From Octopus bimaculoides (Eukaryota), in NCBI RefSeq assembly GCF_001194135.2, contig NC_068987.1, positions 108,226,309-108,274,992 on the forward strand: 48,684 bases of DNA, given 5' to 3'. Within the stretch, counting starts at the first letter, position 1. Each line of letters opens with the position of its first letter. Below are positions 1-11,613 of this stretch, in pieces. The translations under genes were made by a program, and so were the position numbers. Under the pieces are notes generated by a model. That model was not told the origin of the DNA. It did not search any database and saw only the letters and a program-made list of their open reading frames with translations.

Positions 1-35
<35 letters not shown>

Positions 36-223
36 CAAAGTTACATAAAACGTACACAGACGTATATATTATTATATGTATGTGCTTATATATGTATACA
101 TTAATATGATGCATACTTATATATGGTATCCAAGAATAATTAAGGTGTTAGTGTGTGTGAGCGTGTGCGTGCATGGTATGGATGCATATATTTATAAATA
201 TACTATTTTTTAACAACTAACCG

Positions 224-323
224 GTAATCATTGTTTGCTCAGGTGGAAGAGCTGAACGCATTCTACTCAGAAACTTTAGTATGCGGTAACGAAGGTTCGC
301 ATTCCTCAGCAGATGATGATTAC
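224..323 (+). ncRNA. Panhandle Pol III ncRNA candidate, copy A (vault-RNA-like)
   Basis: TATAAA 193-198. 5' GTAATCATTGTTTGCTCAGG pairs with 3' CCTCAGCAGATGATGATTAC (19/20 including 3 G-U). A-box TTGCTCAGGTGG, B-box-like GGTTCGCATTCC, TTTT at 329-332. Confidence 0.7.
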
Positions 324-784
324 AAAAGTTTTATTTTAGTGTTTGTGTTATTTATATAAAAATATTGATGCATTTTCATTGAAAATTATAAAAGTGAAAT
401 GAAATTAATTTTTCGCCATTTGTTTTGGAATAATTAATAACTTAAAATAGGCAAGCCAAATTTAGAATCAAATATCTCGCAAATGAACGACGTTTTATAA
501 TATTGCGGTTACCCACAATATTCTGAAAGATTTCGTTAATTTTTTTCATTATTAATAATAATTAAAGGACAATAACCGAACATTAAAACTCTTAGTAGCA
601 TAGGTAACCGATTTTCCCAGAGAGTTCTACTTCCATTCGATTTGGAATAATAATTAAACTATCCTTTCTATTTTGTATAATATTTACATAGGTTTGTATT
701 TTGTATCACAGTTACACGTCGAATTGTAATATTACAAATTATAACACTAGTTTGAAAGAATTTGCATATACTAAAAAACAAATT

Positions 785-890
785 CTGGCAACCATTATTT
801 CTGAATGAATACGAACTTTCCTTGCAGAGTGATAAAAATACCAATGAGAATGCCATTGTTTCTTCCTCCGTGGTAAACATTGCTTAACAG
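785..890 (-). ncRNA. Panhandle ncRNA family copy A2 (degenerate stem, possible pseudogene)
   Basis: Minus strand: TTTATAAA (914-921), GGAGGAAGAAAC A-box-like end, AGTTCGTATTC, 3' AATAATGGTTGCCAG followed by a T-run. Terminal pairing has several mismatches. Confidence 0.5.
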
Positions 891-1279
891 TTCATCGTAC
901 ATAAAATAGCACATTTATAAATATATGAATCTATATATATATATATATATATATACATAATAGTTACAGAGGCAACAGATATTAGGGCAAGGTCAAAAAT
1001 GTCGAGTCATTATTTTGAACAAAAAAATCAAATTATTACTGCTGTTTCTGAGATATCCCAGAGTATGGTATATTCTGTCACACCCTGGGATATCCCAACA
1101 ACAGCTGTAAAACTTTGATTTTTTCAGTAATACTGATGTATATGATTTGAGATGTTTGCTTTGCCTTAACGTTTGTTGTCCTCTTTAATATAGGAAATCT
1201 GCAATGACTCCATAACTACCGTCATAGCTACAACATTAAAGCCCTATTAATATTACAGTTTCTAAAATTCGTTTGAAAG

Positions 1280-1764
1280 ATATCGCACATACTAACGAAA
1301 AAATAATAATAATAATGGGTAGCCCTTATTACTAATGGATTACGAACCTGCATTTCAGAGTATTAAACTCTGGAACTAGAAGGTGCTTGTCTCTTCCATC
1401 TTGGCAAACAAGAGTTACTTGACATCGTTAAGCAAAATAGTTTATTATACATATATTCATTCGTAACTATGCATACACACATACACACAGACACACACAC
1501 ACACAGACACACACACACACACAGACACACACACACAGACAAACACTGCATGACGTATATTGCACATGTACATGTATATAAATGCATGCAATATGCTTGT
1601 GAGCGTACATACGATCGCATTTATCTATATAAATATGTGTCAATTACATTTGATTGGGTATGCGGGCGTGTGTGTCCATCAGTGTTTGGATGTTGTATGG
1701 GAGTATGCATACGTAAATGCGTGTGCAGATAGGTGTATATATGTATATATATATATATATATAT
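1280..1764. repeat. Segmental duplication (paralogue at ~5660-6124)
   Basis: Colinear from copy B/F through GATCGCATTTATCTATATAAATATGTGTCAATTACATTTGATTGGGTATGCGGGCGTG to the gap edge. Confidence 0.85.
1319..1418 (-). ncRNA. Panhandle ncRNA family copy B
   Basis: Minus: GTAACTCTTGTTTGCCAAGATGGAAGAG...CAGAGTTTAATACTCTG...GGTTCGTAATCC...AATAAGGGCTAC. TATAATAAA upstream (1441-1449); T6 downstream (A-run 1298-1303). Confidence 0.65.
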
Positions 1765-2655
1765 NNNNNNNNNNNNNNNNNNNNNNNNNNNNNNNNNNNN
1801 NNNNNNNNNNNNNNNNNNNNNNNNNNNNNNNNNNNNNNNNNNNNNNNNNNNNNNNNNNNNNNNNNNNNNNNNNNNNNNNNNNNNNNNNNNNNNNNNNNNN
1901 NNNNNNNNNNNNNNNNNNNNNNNNNNNNNNNNNNNNNNNNNNNNNNNNNNNNNNNNNNNNNNNNNNNNNNNNNNNNNNNNNNNNNNNNNNNNNNNNNNNN
2001 NNNNNNNNNTATATATATATATATATATATATATATTCATATGAGTTTGTGCATAGACATGTATATGTATGCTGTATATTTTATGTATGTGAAGGTATGA
2101 GCAATTGTAGCAAGACCTTGGATCTGTAAAATGAATTTAGAAGTATTTTAACTTTGAATTTTTAATTTGTAATCATTAATTTAATAAGGGATATTTACAT
2201 TTATTTATAGATTGCTTATGCAATTATTTGGCAAATTAGCTGCTTCTTCCGCTGTCTAGTCAGCTTACTGATTAGGTGCACTGGATGGTAGACCAGGGGT
2301 CTCCAACTTGGGCCATATTCCCTAGTTATTACTTCCCGTAACCCATAATTCCACATTCCTACTTTAAAAAAAAATTATGGACCATTTTCACACAAAGCGT
2401 CTTATTTTTTAAACGTCCAAATAGGTTTCTTTCTTAATATTTTTTCCATAATATTTATTTTTGTAATCTAACATAGTGTCCCAAGCGTCTTCGAGGCCCT
2501 TACAAAATATACCGCTGTCCCATCTTAACGAGTATAACAGTTAAAATAGCCGGTCTTTTGGTTTTCAATTTCAACTCACCAATTATAAAGAACGCTGTTT
2601 TCTGTTTCCTTTATATATATACATAGACATATTTGCATATATATATATATATATC

Positions 2656-2705
<50 letters not shown>

Positions 2706-2927
2706 TGTATATATATCCATATACATAGATACATAAAGCGTACACAGGCGTATATATAATGATATGTGCGTGCGTATATATGTATACATTAATATTATGC
2801 ATACTAATATATGGTATCCAACAATAATTTGGGTGTAAGTGTATGTGTGTGCGTGTGTGCATACGAGTGTGCGTGCAAGGAATGGATGCATATATTTATA
2901 AATATAGTATTTTGTGACAGCAAACCG

Positions 2928-3027
2928 GTAATCATTGTTTGCTAGGGTGGCAGAGCTACCCGCATTCTACTCAGAAAGTTTAATACGCTGAAACGAAGGT
3001 TCGTATTCCTCAGCAGATGATGATTAC
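2928..3027 (+). ncRNA. Panhandle ncRNA family copy C
   Basis: TATAAA 2897-2902, A-box TTGCTAGGGTGG, GGTTCGTATTCC, 19/20 terminal pairs, ATTTT downstream. Confidence 0.7.
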
Positions 3028-4199
3028 TAAAAAATTATTTTAGCGTTTGTTTTATTTATATAAAAATATTGATGCATTTTCATTGGTAATTATAAAAGTG
3101 AAATGAAAGTAATTTTTGATTTGAGATATTTGCCTTGCCTTAACTTTTGTTGTCCTCTTTAATATAGTAAATCTGCAATGGCTCCATAACTACCGTCTCA
3201 GCTACAACAATGAAGCCCTAGTAATGTGTTACAGCACTTAACTAGCGTAAGTAAGAGTTTAGATCACCTGTGAACTAAACCCCTATGTGACATTTCAATA
3301 AACATCTGTAAATGTACAACCATGCAGATTTCTGAGTCCCTCAATTTTTTTCTATGATATAACTCCTGTACATCACCTCCAAACCTTCCTATATATATAT
3401 ATATATATCAAATTGAAATCAGATGGTAACGATACATATAAAGAGATAACTTTAACTCGCTCAGACGAAGCAGGTCGCTTTAGATAAAAGCCAGGATTGA
3501 GAACTGAAGCAGAGAATCTGAATGTCTTAGACTGTGCAGTGATACACCTAAGAGATGGCGGGTACTCGGGCAATTCTACAATACTGTATCTAATTTTGGT
3601 TTCATTCATGCAAACTAGCAGCGTGTCACAGACTGAATGTCAGAGTTAGAGCACGATCACCTGCATATATTGCAAGCGGTGGAGCAAATTTTTTTGTCAC
3701 ACATTTGTTTGACCGTTGGTCACATATTTTTCTAAATATTATGAGCTGGGGCCGACTCTGCTCATATCTTTAGTGACCAGGTCTTCGTGACGAATATGAG
3801 CAAAAATAGCCCGAAACCCAGCTTGTCCCGCGATCCTGTCATCTGCTGTAATTTGATAATGGTTCGCTCAACTGTTAAGAATATATATGTGAAGAACACA
3901 CCTATGACCAGGTGGCGGAAGACCTGCTTTGCGATAAAAAAGTTGTAACATTGACAAGCCATATTTATTTGGTGACGAACTTACATACGCACATACACAC
4001 ACAATCAACACACACACATCACAAACACAGACAAACACACACATTTCTACATATATCTGATGTACATATCCTATCGAGCATAATTCTGTCGAATATTGTT
4101 ATACCTCGCCGTTCACAAAGCGCATCAGTTTGTCTTAGTTCTTCAAATGAAACTACCACTTTGGCTTGGCGAGCAGGCTGACATTCACTTGATGAGGCC

Positions 4200-4342
4200 T
4201 ACACATTTACTTCTGAGTGGGTTAGAAGAACGTGAAATAAAATGTCTTAGTGAAAAACACATAGCACCTTCTGCTCCGAATAAAATTCATTATGTAGCGA
4301 ACGTGATTGCAGTATTTTATCCAACCGTCTACGTGTCTTCAT
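4200..4342 (-). mobile_element. Degenerate tRNA-derived SINE
   Basis: Similar to 25420-25555 and 21990-22095 and to the heads at 8858 and 19306. Confidence 0.5.
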
Positions 4343-4427
4343 ACACACATACACACATACGGAAGTGGAGGGTGTGTGTGGGGGTTTGCATATATTTATA
4401 TATTTATAAATTTGTGACACGAGAACA

Positions 4428-4528
4428 GGTAACCACTGTTGGCTGAGGAGGAAGAATCGGCGCTTTCTAATTAAAATGTTCAGCTCGGTGAAACGTACGT
4501 TCGTATTCCTCAACTGATAATGGATGCC
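4428..4528 (+). ncRNA. Panhandle ncRNA family copy D
   Basis: TATATA 4397-4402, A-box TGGCTGAGGAGG, CGTTCGTATTCC. Stem 4428-4448/4508-4528 has 18/21 pairs (4 G-U). CTTTTGTTTT follows. Confidence 0.65.
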
Positions 4529-5115
4529 AGACTTTTGTTTTACTAATATAATGTCGAAGTTTATAACTGATAAATTTTCATCCAAAATCATGTAAATTCA
4601 TATGATTCTATCGTCTCGACATCTCTCTTAAAATAATTCGTAACTTAAAATACGTAAGCAAAATTTAGTATCAGATATTTTACAAATAAACAGATTTTAT
4701 GAACAATATTTGAAATTAAGTTTTAATATACAACCTCATACAGAAAAGATAAACACTAGCCCCAAGTCGAAGGATATAGAGATGTTACAGTCATTTGTAA
4801 TACTGCAGCCTTCCATCACATCCTGAAAAATTTCGCCAATTATATATTATTAATCATAATCAAAAGCTAATGACTGATCATTAAATCACTTAGTATCATA
4901 GGCAATTGAAATTCTCAGATAGTTATACCTGCATTCGATTTGTCATAACAAGTAAATTATTCTTTGTATTTTGTAGAATAATTATATTGCCATTTTAATT
5001 CTTTTGCAGTTGTTATTATTTTTTTATTTTTTTGTATCCCGAGCCATTGGCAATATTACGGTTTATAGTATTATTTTGAAAGGCGTCGCATCTACTGAGA
5101 AAAAATAATAATTCG

Positions 5116-5218
5116 GGTAACCATTATTGTAACAGGAATACGAACCTGCATCTCCGAGTATTAGACTCCTGAAACTACAAGGCTCTTCGCTCTTCCATGT
5201 TGACAAACAATAATTACC
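5116..5218 (-). ncRNA. Panhandle ncRNA family copy E
   Basis: Minus: GGTAATTATTGTTTGTCAACATGGAAGAGC...GGTTCGTATTCCTGTTACAATAATGGTTACC. T6 downstream (5100-5105). Upstream module present but TATA degenerate (GTATACG). Confidence 0.65.
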
Positions 5219-5699
5219 TGCTAGCGTTCACCAAAATAGAATACGTATACATATATGCATCCATACCTATGCATACACACACACACACTACATTACGTGT
5301 ATGTATTATTGCATGTAAACATACATATGATCAAACATCTATATATGTGTATGCGTGTGTGTTGACGATGCTGTGTGTATGGTGGGACTGGGAAGGGATT
5401 ATCCATTACGGATTGCTCTAACGGAACCAAACGGTCAACGCGGAAATCTATGTTCAAAAGATGGAACGACTTACCATGGCTATTCTGAAATATTTCGCGA
5501 TATTTATTTTGTTAATCATAATCAAAGGCTAATGAACGATCATTAAATCACTTATTATGATAGGCAACTGGTATTCTCAGAGGGTTCTACATGAATTCGA
5601 TTAGTCATAACAACTAAATTATTCTTCGTATTCTGTATCATAGTTATATTTTACTTTCTATTTCGCACATGTTAACAAAAAAAAAAAAAAAATACAACG

Positions 5700-5801
5700 G
5701 GTAGCCCTTATTGCTAACGGAATACGAACCTGTATTTCAGAGTATCAAACTCTGAAACTAAATGGCGTTTGTCTCTTCCATCTTGGCCAACAAGAGTTAC
5801 C
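5700..5801 (-). ncRNA. Panhandle ncRNA family copy F
   Basis: Paralogue of B. A-box TGGCCAAGATGG, 9-bp internal hairpin TTTCAGAGT/ACTCTGAAA, GGTTCGTATTCC, long T-run downstream (A-run 5677-5692), TATAATAAA upstream. Confidence 0.7.
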
Positions 5802-7198
5802 TGACATTGTTATGCAAAATAGTTTATTATAAATATATGTATTCATAACTATGCATACACTTACACACACAAACCCTCTGCATGACGTATATTACACATA
5901 TACATGTATATACATGTATATACATGTATATACATGTATATACATGCATGCAATATTCATGTAGGCATACATACGATCGCATTTATCTATATAAATATGT
6001 GTCAATTACATTTGATTGGGTATGCGGGCGTGTGTGTCCATCAGTGTTTGGATGTTGTATGGGAGTATGCATACGTAAATGTGTGTGTACATTGGTGTAT
6101 ATATGTATATATATATATATATATNNNNNNNNNNNNNNNNNNNNNNNNNNNNNNNNNNNNNNNNNNNNNNNNNNNNNNNNNNNNNNNNNNNNNNNNNNNN
6201 NNNNNNNNNNNNNNNNNNNNNNNNNNNNNNNNNNNNNNNNNNNNNNNNNNNNNNNNNNNNNNNNNNNNNNNNNNNNNNNNNNNNNNNNNNNNNNNNNNNN
6301 NNNNNNNNNNNNNNNNNNNNNNNNNNNNNNNNNNNNNNNNNNNNNNNNNNNNNNNNNNNNNNNNNNNNNNNNNNNNNNNNNNNNNNNNNNNNNNNNNNNN
6401 NNNNNNNNNNNNNNNNNNNNNNNNNNNNNNNNNNNNNNNNNNNNNNNNNNNNNNNNNNNNNNNNNNNNNNNNNNNNNNNNNNNNNNNNNNNNNNNNNNNN
6501 NNNNNNNNNNNNNNNNNNNNNNNNNNNNNNNNNNNNNNNNNNNNNNNNNNNNNNNNNNNNNNNNNNNNNNNNNNNNNNNNNNNNNNNNNNNNNNNNNNNN
6601 NNNNNNNNNNNNNNNNNNNNNNNNNNNNNNNNNNNNNNNNNNNNNNNNNNNNNNNNNNNNNNNNNNNNNNNNNNNNNNNNNNNNNNNNNNNNNNNNNNNN
6701 NNNNNNNNNNNNNNNNNNNNNNNNNNNNNNNNNNNNNNNNNNNNNNNNNNNNNNNNNNNNNNNNNNNNNNNNNNNNNNNNNNNNNNNNNNNNNNNNNNNN
6801 NNNNNNNNNNNNNNNNNNNNNNNNNNNNNNNNNNNNNNNNNNNNNNNNNNNNNNNNNNNNNNNNNNNATATATATATATATATATATATACAAATATTTT
6901 CAGATTTCTTCTATACATATATATATATGTATACACAAATATTTGCATATATATACGTATATATATATCTATATATATATATATATATCCATATACATAG
7001 ATAATAAAACGTACACAGGCGTATATATAATGATATGTGTGTACGTATATATGTATACATTAATATTATGCACACTTATATATGTTATCCAACAATAATT
7101 TCGGTGTAAGTGTACGTTTGTGCGTGTGTGCATGCTTGTGTGCGTGCAAGGTATGGATGCATATATTTATAAATATACTATTTTGTGATCCCAAACCG

Positions 7199-7298
7199 GT
7201 AATCATTGTTTGCTAAGGTAGCAGAGCTGAACGCATTCTTCTCAGAAAGTTTAGAACGCTAAAACGAATGTTCGAATTCCTCAGCAGATGATGCTTAC
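7199..7298 (+). ncRNA. Panhandle ncRNA family copy G
   Basis: TATAAA 7168-7173, TTGCTAAGGTAG, TGTTCGAATTCC, 18/20 terminal pairs, TTTATTTT downstream. Confidence 0.65.
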
Positions 7299-7757
7299 TA
7301 AAAATTTATTTTAGTTTTTGTTTTATTTATATAAAAATATTGATGCATTTTCTTTGAAAATTATAAAATTCAAATTAAAGTAATTTTTCGTCATTTGTTT
7401 TAGAATAATTAATAACTTAAAATAGGTGAGCAAAACTTAGAATCACATATCTCGCAAATGAATGAGGTCTTATAGTATTTCGTATACCCACAATATTCTG
7501 AAAGATTTCGTTAATTTTTTCATTATTAATAATAATTAAGGACAATAACCGAACATTAAAATTCTTAGTATCATAGGTAATCGATTTTCCCAGAGACTTC
7601 TACTTGCATTCGATTTGGAATACTAATTAAAGTATCCTTTCTATTTTGTATAATATTTACATAGTTTTGTATTTTGTATCACAGTTACACGTCGAATTGT
7701 AATATTACAAATTATAACACTAGTTTGAAAGAATTTGCATATACTAAAAGACAAATT

Positions 7758-7863
7758 CTGGCAACCATTATTTCTAAAGGGATACGAACTTACGTTGCAG
7801 AGTGTTAAACATACCAATTACAACGCCATTGTTTCTTCTTCCGTGGTAAACATTGTTTAACTG
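7758..7863 (-). ncRNA. Panhandle ncRNA family copy H (degenerate, paralogue of A2)
   Basis: Closely similar to 785-890. TATA mutated (TTTAGAAA), B-box-like AGTTCGTATCCC, weak terminal stem. Confidence 0.45.
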
Positions 7864-8228
7864 TTTGTCGTACATAAAATAGCAGATTTCTAAATATATG
7901 GACCCATAACAATGCACACAAACACAGCAACACACCCCTATACTCCGCACACGCACTGCATTGAATATGTTACTTTTGTATACGTACACAAAATTATACA
8001 TTAATGCATATATGCATACACGCATACGTACACACATATCTATAGACTTTGAGCTAGTCCACTCAGCTGTAAATGGGTATCTCTGTGGTGGAATAACACT
8101 CAGATTAGGAAAATGAGGTGCTGCTCGCCTATCCAGCCAGGTGGTGTGATACGTAAGCTTAAACAATGCAAAGCGCATCGTGTCTAACAATGTATAACAA
8201 CACCCGATAGTTTATTGGTAAATACCAC

Positions 8229-8284
<56 letters not shown>

Positions 8285-8797
8285 NNNNNNNNNNNNNNNN
8301 NNNNNNNNTATATATATATATATATATATATGCATAATAGTTACAGAGCCAACAAATATTAAGGCAAGGCAAACATCTCAAGTCACTGTTTTTGATTTGA
8401 GATGTTTGCCTTGCCTTAACGTTTGTTGCCCTCTTTAATATAGGAAATCTTTAATGGATCCATATCTAACGTCTCAGCTACAACAATGAAGCCCTAGTGA
8501 TCTGTTACAGCACTTATCTAGCGTAAGTAATAGTTTAGATGACCTGTGAACTAAACCCGTATGTGATATTTCAATAAACATCTGTAAATTTACAACCATC
8601 CAGATTTCTGAGTACCTTAATTAATTACCTTAAATAGGATATTTATGCATATATGCATTCATACCTATGCATACACACACACACACACTACATTACGTGT
8701 ATGCATTATTGCATGTAAACATACATAACATTACACTTTTATATATGTGTATGCGTGTGTGTTGACGCATTATGTATTATTAAGTATATATATTTGT

Positions 8798-8832
<35 letters not shown>

Positions 8833-8857
8833 CGCGTGTGTTTATGTGTTAACGTGT

Positions 8858-8962
8858 GAGGACATGTGGAGGAGCGGATGCGTTATTGCACACATGATCA
8901 CTATGTTATGGGTTCGATTCAGGACAAGGCAGCGCCCCGTGTACTTGAGTCAATCGCCAAAT
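8858..8962 (+). mobile_element. tRNA-derived SINE head (duplicated with the unit; copies 19306-19410 + and 16702-16807 -)
   Basis: GAGGACATGTGGAGGAGCGG...GGGTTCGATTCAGG B-box. The three copies share flanking sequence. Confidence 0.6.
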
Positions 8963-10060
8963 ATTATTTAGACAAACGACATTCGTCAGAGGAATTATAA
9001 ATAAATATTAGAAGGAATGGTATTTTCAAAAACAATCACGAGTGGCAACCTTATTATCAACCGTAAATGCAAATGAATAAATTATATACATCCAATATAA
9101 AGTATGTACATATATATATATATATATANNNNNNNNNNNNNNNNNNNNNNNNNNNNNNNNNNNNNNNNNNNNNNNNNNNNNNNNNNNNNNNNNNNNNNNN
9201 NNNNNNNNNNNNNNNNNNNNNNNNNNNNNNNNNNNNNNNNNNNNNNNNNNNNNNNNNNNNNNNNNNNNNNNNNNNNNNNNNNNNNNNNNNNNNNNNNNNN
9301 NNNNNNNNNNNNNNNNNNNNNNNNNNNNNNNNNNNNNNNNNNNNNNNNNNNNNNNNNNNNNNNNNNNNNNNNNNNNNNNNNNNNNNNNNNNNNNNNNNNN
9401 NNNNNNNNNNNNNNNNNNNNNNNNNNNNNNNNNNNNNNNNNNNNNNNNNNNNNNNNNNNNNNNNNNNNNNNNNNNNNNNNNNNNNNNNNNNNNNNNNNNN
9501 NNNNNNNNNNNNNNNNNNNNNNNNNNNNNNNNNNNNNNNNNNNNNNNNNNNNNNNNNNNNNNNNNNNNNNNNNNNNNNNNNNNNNNNNNNNNNNNNNNNN
9601 NNNNNNNNNNNNNNNNNNNNNNNNNNNNNNNNNNNNNNNNNNNNNNNNNNNNNNNNNNNNNNNNNNNNNNNNNNNNNNNNNNNNNNNNNNNNNNNNNNNN
9701 NNNNNNNNNNNNNNNNNNNNNNNNNNNNNNNNNNNNNNNNNNNNNNNNNNNNNNNNNNNNNNNNNNNNNNNNNNNNNNNNNNNNNNNNNNNNNNNNNNNN
9801 NNNNNNNNNNNNNNNNNNNNNNNNNNNNNNNNNNNNNNNNNNNNNNNNNNNNNNNNNNNNNNNNNNNNNNNNNNNNNNNNNNNNNNNNNNNNNNNNNNNN
9901 NNNNNNNNNNNNNNNNNNNNNNNNNNNNNNNNNNNNNNNNNNNNNNNNNNNNNNNNNNNNNNNNNNNNNNNNNNNNNNNNNNNNNNNNNNNNNNNNNNNN
10001 NNNNNNNNNNNNNNNNNNNNNNNNNNNNNNNNNNNNNNNNNNNNNNNNNNNNNNNNNNNN

Positions 10061-10566
10061 NTATGTATAAAAGAAAATAATATTCTTTCATTGTGACACA
10101 TTCTGTAGATTTTACTACACTCTACACCCATTGCAACGTATGTTTCTGAAAGTAGCGTTTTTCTGATTACAATCTTACCGTGAAATCCGGTTTTGTGCAG
10201 CTCCCGGCGAACACAATTTGTTGACATTTGTGTCTCGAAGTGGTCATCTACTCTGCAGCAGTTTTGAGATCTATAATTGTGTGGCTCTTTCGAACAATTC
10301 CCGTAAGTATTCAACGATCCCTATACTCTTTATTCTATCTTTTACTCTTTTACGTGTTCAGGCATTTGACTGCGGCCATGCTGGAACACCGGATTTAGTA
10401 GAGCAAATCGACCCTAAGACTAATTCTTTGTAAGCCTAGTACTTATTATATCGTTCTATTTTCCCGAACCGCTATGTTACGGGGACGTAAACACACCATC
10501 ATCGGATGTCAAGCGATGTTGGGTGTACAAACACAGACACACAAACATACACACACATACATATAC

Positions 10567-10623
<57 letters not shown>

Positions 10624-11092
10624 NNNNNNNNNNNNNNNNNNNNNNNNNNNNNNNNNNNNNNNNNNNNNNNNNNNNNNNNNNNNNNNNNNATATATGTGTG
10701 TGTGTGTGTATGTATATAAATACATATGCATATATACGACAGGCATTTTTTAGTTTCCGTCTACGAAATCCACTCACAAGGCTTTGGTCGGCCCGAGGCT
10801 ATAGTAGACGACACGTGCCCAAGGTGCTACGCAGTGGGAATGAACCCGAAACCATGTCGTTGGTAGGCAAGCTACTTACTACCCAGCCACTCCTGTGCCT
10901 ATCTGAATGTTTTGGTTCTTTTCCGGAGTTTTGCTTCTGCGCGGACGTTTTTCCCCCTTTCTCAAAGTCTGTCATTACCTTCGAGACAGTACCTCTGGAT
11001 TCACTAAACATTTCACCCATTTTCGTTACACAAGCGCCTGCCATACAACCACCAACAATTTGACCTCTTTGAAAGTCCGATGGATAAGTCAT
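10061..11092 (-). mobile_element. Tc1-family transposase pseudogene (N-terminal HTH part), split by a SINE
   Basis: MTYPSDFQRGQIVG...SRGTVSKVMTDFEKGGKTS...SGKEPKHSDR (11092-10898) continues after the SINE as DR*ILTGIVRKSH...VRRELHKTGFHGKIVIRKTLLS (10324-10090). These are typical Tc1 motifs. Confidence 0.8.
10325..10902 (-). mobile_element. tRNA-derived SINE, family 1 (resembles Octopus OK-type; name from memory)
   Basis: Head AGGAGTGGCTGGGTAGTAAG..GGTTTCGGGTTCATTCCC, central GCCTTGTGAGTGGATTT.GTAGACGGAAACT, internal (TA)n, tail GCATGGCCGCAGTCAAATG. Confidence 0.8.
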
Positions 11093-11573
11093 TTTAATGA
11101 ATTTTAATTACCTTTTTCTCATAGTATCTGAAAAAAAAGAGAAATTTTAGCAAAACCTATGAAGCAACAGTAATAATTAATCAAAAACATAAAAATAAAA
11201 AATGACCAGTTTTATAGATATTTCAGAATTATGATGCTATAATGCTAGGTGTTTCCATTATTTTTTCAAACCTCTATACAAATATAAGCATATATATAAT
11301 GCATGTATAAATATAAATATACATGCATATGCATACATCTATATACGTCGAAATCTTATCGTAAGGGTAGTAATTTTTGAAAGTTGTGTACTAATGAATT
11401 TAAGGAGATATTATTAAATAATAATAATACTTTGTTTAACTCCCTTGATGAACGGAAAATTAAATGTAGACATTTATATAAGTTTATATAATAAGTTTAG
11501 CTAAGTATGTATATATATATATGTGTGTGTGTGTTTGTGTGTGTGGTTGTGTATGTATATATATATACATATA

Positions 11574-11613
<40 letters not shown>

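Larger units (their letters stand above)
1..1260. repeat. Segmental duplication unit (copies at ~2620-3345 with an internal deletion, and ~6950-8615)
   Basis: Long colinear similarity, e.g. GATTTGAGATGTTTGC..GCCTTAACGTTTGTTG at ~1145, ~3118 and ~8396, plus shared ncRNA copies and spacers. Confidence 0.85.

Noticed and set aside
241-285. Repeated small coding exon (CAG|GTGGAAGAGCTG..G|GTAAC)
   Set aside because: Splice signals and reading frame are not preserved in the other copies.
313-319. ATGATGA as a snoRNA box C
   Set aside because: It lies at the 3' end rather than the 5' end, is part of the stem, and is not conserved beyond the A-like copies.
224-323. Panhandle copies as canonical tRNA genes
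   Set aside because: The T-stem does not form 5 bp, the loop is 8 nt, there is extra sequence between arms and before the acceptor strand, and no anticodon is conserved.
2294-2310. CAGGGGTCTCCAAC hAT-like TIR
   Set aside because: No convincing partner TIR or TSD was found nearby.
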